The notes beneath the pieces are model-generated. The model saw only the letters and a list, made by a program, of their open reading frames with translations, was not told the origin of the DNA and ran no database searches. A DNA stretch of 64,000 nt from Podarcis muralis (lineage: Eukaryota), in contig NC_135660.1 of NCBI RefSeq assembly GCF_964188315.1, positions 28,892,001-28,956,000 on the forward strand, written 5' to 3'. Numbering within the stretch: the stretch's first letter is position 1; every line of letters begins with the position of its first letter. Position numbers and translations under genes: made by a program. Of the stretch, positions 12,500 to 64,000 are shown piece after piece.

Positions 12500-13420
12500 G
12501 ATTTGGCATGACTGTAACAAAGGCCTCAGCGACGGGGGTAGACGCGAGGAATAACGGCAACGGCAGGGGAGGCGGGCTGAGGCAACGATTTGATAGGAAC
12601 CTGTGTGGGCTGAGGGACCGTTATTTATGAGGAAGAGGGTTCAAAGATGGGGCGGGAATAACCCCCCCCCCTTCCCGCCAATGCTGAGGGAACCAGGCGC
12701 AACGGCGGTTGGACTCGGGCATCTGGTCGGTGGTAGGAGGTGTGTGTGCTAATTTCGCAGCTTCCTCCCCATTCCCGCGCCCCCCCCCCCGGCTCCTTCT
12801 GAGGGGAAGGGAAGGCCCAGACCAGCACTCTCTCCGGTTCTCACCCTGAGGCCAACGGGGAGGCGGCTTCTTGGGTCCCGGGTATCCACTCCGACCGCTT
12901 TGGTCTCGGTTCCTCTCTCTCTCTCTCAGGGGCCGTTAGCCAAAGGGCATCCAAGCAGCCCCTCGCCTACACAGCCCTGGAACAGAAGCAACGAAACGAA
13001 ACAAAAAAAAAAAACCGACCCCGATTGGCCCCACAGAGTTGCCGTAACCGGCGGGGGAAAGAATGAGCCGTGACACCTCACGTGACGGGAAAAGGGGTGG
13101 GGAGGAAAAAAAAGGTAGCCGGCAGGGGCTGAAGGTGCAGGGGCCATCTTTACTGTGGTCACGATGCTGCTTCGGGGGAAGCGAGTACCGTACTGTGGAT
13201 TCAATTCCCTGCTGCTCATGGCGATGCAGCGTGGTTTAGGTGATGAGACCCATGTGCTGTAAGAGAGTAGAGCTCAGCCCCTTATATAAGTGTGGGGGAT
13301 TTGGCTCATACGTGATGCTCAGCTTCAGTTTGCTGCGGAATTTGCAGATAGGTTTTTTGATACACTGGCGGCTGTGGGCGGCGAAGACCTAGATATTCGG
13401 GGAAAGGAGCTTAATATCCT
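12500..13420. promoter_or_regulatory. CpG island and MFF promoter
   Basis: High GC and CpG against an AT-rich background; GC box GGGCGG near 12650; CCAAT (minus) 13024-13028; E-box TCACGTGAC 13078-13086; YY1-like AAGATGGCC (minus) 13142-13150; palindromic CTTATATAAG 13281-13290. Confidence 0.8.
12845..12990 (-). other. MFF: Probable non-coding MFF exon 1 (5' boundary approximate)
   Basis: Donor GGCCTCAGG|gtgaga at 12845/12844 inside the CpG island, upstream of exon 2. Confidence 0.55.
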
Positions 13421-13459
13421 GCTAAGGTTTTGTAGATCCGCCCCACTTGCTTTCCAAGT

Positions 13460-13509
<50 letters not shown>
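13460..13509. repeat. (AGAT)n microsatellite forming the Bov-B tail
   Basis: About 12 AGAT units abutting the LINE 3' end. Confidence 0.95.
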
Positions 13510-13511
13510 TA

Positions 13512-14014
13512 CAGTTGTTTAGTCGTGTCCGACTCTTCATGACCCCATGGACCAGAGCACGCCAGGCACTCCTGTCTTCCACTGCCTCCCGCAGTTTGAT
13601 CAAACTCATGCTGGTAGCTTCAAGAACACCATCCAACCATCTCATCCTCTGTCGTCCCCTTCTCCTTGTGCCCTCCATCTTCCCCAACATCAGGGTCTTT
13701 TCCATGGAGTCTTCTCTTCTCATGAGGTGGCCAAAGTATTGGAGCCTCAGCTTCAGGATCTGTCCTTCCAGTGAGCACTCAGGGCTGATTTCCTTAAGAA
13801 TTGATAGGTTTGATCTTCTTGCAGTCCATGGGACTCTCAAGAGTCTCCTCCAGCACCATAATTCAAAAGCATCAATTCTTCGGCGATCAGCCTTCTTTAT
13901 GGTCCAGCTCTCACTTCCATACATCACTATTGGGAAAACCATAGCTTTAACTATATGGACCTTTGTTGGCAAGATGCTGTCTAGGTTTGTCATTGCTTTT
14001 CTCCCAAGAAGCAG
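13512..14014 (-). mobile_element. Bov-B (RTE clade) LINE, 5'-truncated 3' fragment
   Basis: Open frame LLLGRKAMTNLDSILPTKVHIVKAMVFPIVMYGSESWTIKKADRRRIDAFELWCWRRLLRVPWTARRSN...SRTRLN, the characteristic Bov-B ORF C-terminus. Confidence 0.95.
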
Positions 14015-14184
14015 TATATGTACATGTACATGTATATACATGCGTTGCACGTTCGCATGCTATGGGCACTTCACGCACATTACAATCCTACGTGATAAGG
14101 TATATCAATCTATTATTTTCCGATACTGGAGTTAGGGCTGTGAGATTCGAATCAGTGCTTTCAATCACCCATACCTGGGAGGAA

Positions 14185-14250
14185 GCTCCACTGGCCACCG
14201 CGAGAACAGGATGCTGGACTAGATGAGCCACTGCACTAGCCTGATCTTAT
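14185..14250 (+). mobile_element. CR1-type 3' tail remnant
   Basis: GGCCACCGCGAGAACAGGATGCTGGACTAGATGAGCCA. Confidence 0.55.
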
Positions 14251-15527
14251 AAACTTAGTGGGACTTACTTCTGAGTAGACTAGCCTAGGATGGTGATTTT
14301 AACCATTATGCTCAGCGAGTGGGATTTCTTGCCTTGCTCCATAGTTCCACCCAACCCCCAGAAGTATGATCTCAGGAGATGTTTCCTTTTAACTTCCATA
14401 AGCATAGGCACACTTCAACTCACTGTAAAATGAATTGCAGTCTTGTGTCTACTCCCACTGAATTTAATGGGGCTTAGTTACATGTACTCTTGCATTGTAG
14501 TTACTGAATTACAGTTCTGAATTACAGAATTTTGGAAATTTATCTGCTTGTGTATTTATAGTTTCTTTTTCGAAACATAATTCTCATGGATTATGTTATT
14601 CTCTTCCCTCTTACTTTCCTGCCAATCATTCATTTTGCTTCCACACAGAATAAGTAAAAAATAAGAGGGGGCATCTCATTGTCTTTAGAGATTTTCTTGT
14701 ACCCAGGTCTTATTTTGAGTGAGGAACTTATAATCAAACCCTTAAAAAGAAAAGACTGGCACCTGCAATTTCCAACACCACCAGTACAGCCCATTTTGCA
14801 GGCAAAGAGGTTTATGACTGCAATGGGAGCACCCAGGGAGGTTTCTTTTGACATGAAGCACAGGCTTCCTCTGTTATCCCCCATCCCCCCATCCTTTAAG
14901 AACTTTAAACTCTTAGCAAATTTGTTTGTATTCTGTTTTTAATTTGTATCTGCTATGTTCTCATCTTTTATTGCATATATGCTTTCCTAAATTTTAGTTG
15001 TTGTGTGGCATAACAATCTATTCTCTATGAAACATGTATTCAGCCAGTAGTTTACAATCAGGTAGATATCTGGGGCCCAGGAATTTATGTCCTCTTCCCA
15101 TGCATCTAATAAAAAGTCACTTTAAAAGAAGGTTGCATTTGATTGTTGATTTGTGCTATTGATAAGAGGTCAGAAAGAAGAATATAATTCAAAAATCTGT
15201 CCCACAAGACATTTTATTTACTACCAGAACATTTGCATTAACACATCCGATTGCTTGCAGTTACAGAGCATATGAAGTGTTCTTGCTCTACCATATAAGA
15301 TAATTATCTGTGATGCTGTAATGATTCTGGGGTTGTCTTAAGCACTTAATTTTCAGCACAGCAAGCTTTGGCATCAGAATGATTTTGCAGCATTGTTATC
15401 ACTAAAAGTCCACCATTAAAAGACAGACACCAGAGTAATTAAAATATAAATTAAATAAAAATGTTTACTTGCAAAAATACCCATTAGTAATGCGGGGGAA
15501 ATGGCGCACTTGTAGATCTCTAAATCC

Positions 15528-15533
15528 TTTATT
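15528..15533 (-). terminator. Candidate distal COL4A3 polyadenylation signal
   Basis: AATAAA on the minus strand within an AU-rich UTR-like block, followed by U-rich sequence. One of several candidates; others include 18314-18319 and 18005-18010. Confidence 0.3.
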
Positions 15534-17710
15534 TAGAATTATACATTTACACAAGTATGTAGATTAATGAGGTAAGATTATTATTGTTAAATATTGCAGT
15601 GCTGATACTTGTGCAAAAGCTTTGAGCAACCTTAATGTTAACGTTAATTCTTTCAAGTGCAATGTTATAAATACAAAACATTCAGAACTACACTTTTATA
15701 CAAAAAAGTACATAAATTATAATAATATATAAAGACCCTGATCCAATTCCAGCTGTGCTTTGTTGCACACTAACACAACTAGTGGCCCTAAGCTGGGACT
15801 GCCTGTGCAGCCCCCATCATCAAGTTCAACAGGAATTGGATGTACCTTGTCATGAGTTTTTAGATCCAGATGGACATCTGCATTAGCTGTGCATGGAAGT
15901 CTCCTTTGCTGGATCAGAATGATGTACCTAAATTTGCACTCCTATACTCACTTTACCTGGGAACAAATCCCATTGAAGTCAATGAGGCTTTCATCTGAAT
16001 AGACACATATAAGATTGCTCTGAAAGCTCATTGAACACAGTGTGACTTACTTCTGAATAAATGCATAGGGTTGCAGAGTCGGTTTACTTAAACCACAGGT
16101 TCTATATAAACCTTTCCCCAGACAGTACCACTTGAATTTGCTGAAAAGCTATTACCGTACCTTTAGCTGCTTGGGTTTCACTGGATGGACTCTGATTAAA
16201 TTTGGCTGATGTTTTCAACCACCATTTATGTCCACAGAAATTATTATTATTAGATTTATTATCCACCCTTCACCATAAGGCCCCACGGTGGGTCACAACA
16301 ACGTAAAATACAAACAATAAAACAGTTTAGAACAAATTAAATGTGCAGATACTACCTGATACCTTATAATAGAGACAAAAAGGAGAGGTTTTGCATTTAT
16401 TGCAGTGGCTAAAGTACCATACAAAATATTCTTATGGGAGATCCCATTTAAATTTGGTGCACATTTTTGACATCATACTCCAGCCTCATTCTGAATATGC
16501 CTATTCAGCCTCAAAATAAAAATAAAAATTACAAGCACAGTTTCAACACATAGTACAATACTGTATACTAATCATTTGTGCTACATATACAGGCTGAATG
16601 AAAACCAATTTTCTTCCATTTCAGTTTCTGGTTGATGATTCTTGTTAAGGGTTATCAGGAGAGTGGCCATTTATAGTTTGTCAGTTCTGCCTCAGTAGCC
16701 TCAGGCTGGAGCCGTATTAGGTTAGTCATACCTTAGTCCCAAAGGGATTTAAGGTACTCATGCTTCCCTTGTCCCTTTTATTTCAGTGGGCTTAAAGCAT
16801 AGCTAGCTTAATCTGGAACCAATCCAAAGGCAGCATAAATCACGTAAGATTTGCATTTTTTTAGGACTCGTTTAGTAAGGCTGGCCAAAATACTAACTGA
16901 AGTTAGTAGGATCCATTAAATATGCAAATGTATCACGGATGTATTTAGAGGGCAGCTTACCTACAAGTTCATCTTGTAAATTTCTATTGCACTGCTATGA
17001 ATATGCTAAAATTCTCTTTCTTTGCCAAAGGAAGGACGACTGGAGAATTATAATTCATTTGATGAACTTTCAAACGTTTCATGCAGCCCCCTCCCACTTA
17101 ATTGCTTGTTGCGCCAGAGTTTCAACTTAAATAATATCTGCTTTGGCAACACTTATGTAAACCAACACTACCCTGATTGCTCCATTTTGCAGGTAGAAAA
17201 GCACAAGAAAGGCAGCTTGAGCTGTCTTTTTCTAGATTAAAAAGACCGGCGACGCTCTCGTTCAGATTTAAACAGACCCAGGAGTTGGCAGAGTTCAGAA
17301 GGTGACAACCTTTTAGTTCTGCCAACACAAACAATTTACTCCAAGAAAGTGCTTTGCATTTTACTAGAAACAAAAGCTAAAATATTGCACTATTTCAAAT
17401 TCCATTATAGTACAGCATTGGTATCTTCAAGTTTACTGTGCAAATACAGTTTGGCTTTAGTTAAGGCACCTGTGAAACTGTAGAGAAAAAGAAGACACGC
17501 CACCTAGTGTTGGAAACAGAAAGTGGAGGGAAGGCACAGTATCTGAACCCAGCATATGGCATTCATGTGCATTTTGGATAGTTGCACTCTGTGAGTGGAA
17601 TTCTGTAAGCACAAATATTCTTGCCTGCTAGGTGGAATGATCTTCCCTCTCCTCCCCTGCGACCCATTCCGGGGGTTCTCCTGACCCGAGCAGATGCTTG
17701 CATGGGAAGA

Positions 17711-17856
17711 TCCATAAAATTGTAGAGCTGGAAGAGACCCTGAGGATCATCTAGTTGAACCCCCTGCAATGCAGGAATATGCAGCTATCCCATACAGGGA
17801 TCGAACTTGCAACCTTAGCGTTATCAGCACCACACACTAACCAACTGGGCTATCCA
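17711..17856 (-). mobile_element. Short tRNA-Ile-derived SINE with CR1 tail
   Basis: Head TAGCCCAGTTGGTTAGTGTGTGGTGCTGATAACGCTAAGGTTGCAAGTTCGATCCC (A/B boxes, GAT anticodon loop) joined to GGGGGTTCAACTAGATGATCCTCAGGGTCTCTTCCAGCTCTACAATT. Confidence 0.8.
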
Positions 17857-18369
17857 GGGAAGAAGAGAGTGGGGAAGTCACATTGCCCTAGCAGGACTTG
17901 TCGCACTGGCTCCCACCAGCACAACTCAGTTGAGTCTGGCCTTGTGTCATGCTGTAACTGCTGGAATAAACTAACACAGAGAAGGATGCCTGGGTCACTT
18001 GTGCTTTATTATCGGCTAGCTACCTTCAGTAAGAGTGCTGCTGTATGCTGGTTCACCCTGGAGAGCAGGGTCACATATCTGGTCAGGCAGGGGGCTACTT
18101 TTCTCTTTGTAAAGGGGAGAGGAGATTGAAAAGCTTCCAACAGTTACACTAAAGCAGCACAGAGTGCAACTCTATGCAATATACAAATGAGTGGCATGCT
18201 TGGTCCAGAAGCTATGTTTTCCCTACACTTTCTGTTCCCACTACTTTGTGGAGTGCGTTCTCATCTCTGCAGCTTTTAAAACACCATATTACAAGTTCAC
18301 AAAACCTTTTTGGTTTATTTTAGTTTGGCGACACAAAACTGGAGCTTCGTTCTCTAATGACAGTTCTGT

Positions 18370-63915
<45,546 letters not shown>

Positions 63916-64000
63916 CTGCAATACAGAATCTGTGTAAAGACTTTGCTTGCACCGTTGTCATTTCTTCTGCAAATTCATTACAGATCTTCACATAACATTC

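Noticed and set aside
13325-14135. 241-aa and 206-aa ORFs as host genes
   Set aside because: They are the Bov-B ORF end read through a microsatellite, and its antisense shadow.
17790-17856. Functional tRNA-Ile gene (and tRNA-like heads near 7170-7238, 27611-27670, 32118-32185 and 53130-53198)
   Set aside because: The acceptor and T stems are degenerate and each head is fused to a SINE body and tail.

Overview
Vertebrate genomic DNA from a squamate reptile. A lacertid lizard is likely, given the Sauria SINEs with (ACCTTT)n tails, a second tRNA-derived SINE and a Bov-B LINE fragment. The window holds two tandem minus-strand genes. (1) COL4A3, collagen IV alpha-3: I traced 50 exons by hand, corresponding to human exons 3-52, from 63915 to the stop at 18370. 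All have GT-AG junctions and compatible phases, giving 4875 nt or 1624 aa plus stop. (2) MFF, mitochondrial fission factor: it starts at a CpG-island promoter near 13 kb, and its 3' exons lie beyond the left edge. Introns carry Sauria SINEs, CR1, L1, L2 and Bov-B fragments, hAT and Tc1/mariner MITEs, a probable solo LTR and microsatellites. I found no new multi-gene system. The best leads are a decayed or poison 75-nt MFF cassette exon, a GC-AG intron in MFF, a candidate divergent transcript at the MFF promoter, an extra Cys at the COL4A3 helix/NC1 junction, nested TE structures with intact target-site duplications (TSDs), and two long perfect hairpins. Gene identities and all human comparisons are recalled from memory, not from database searches.
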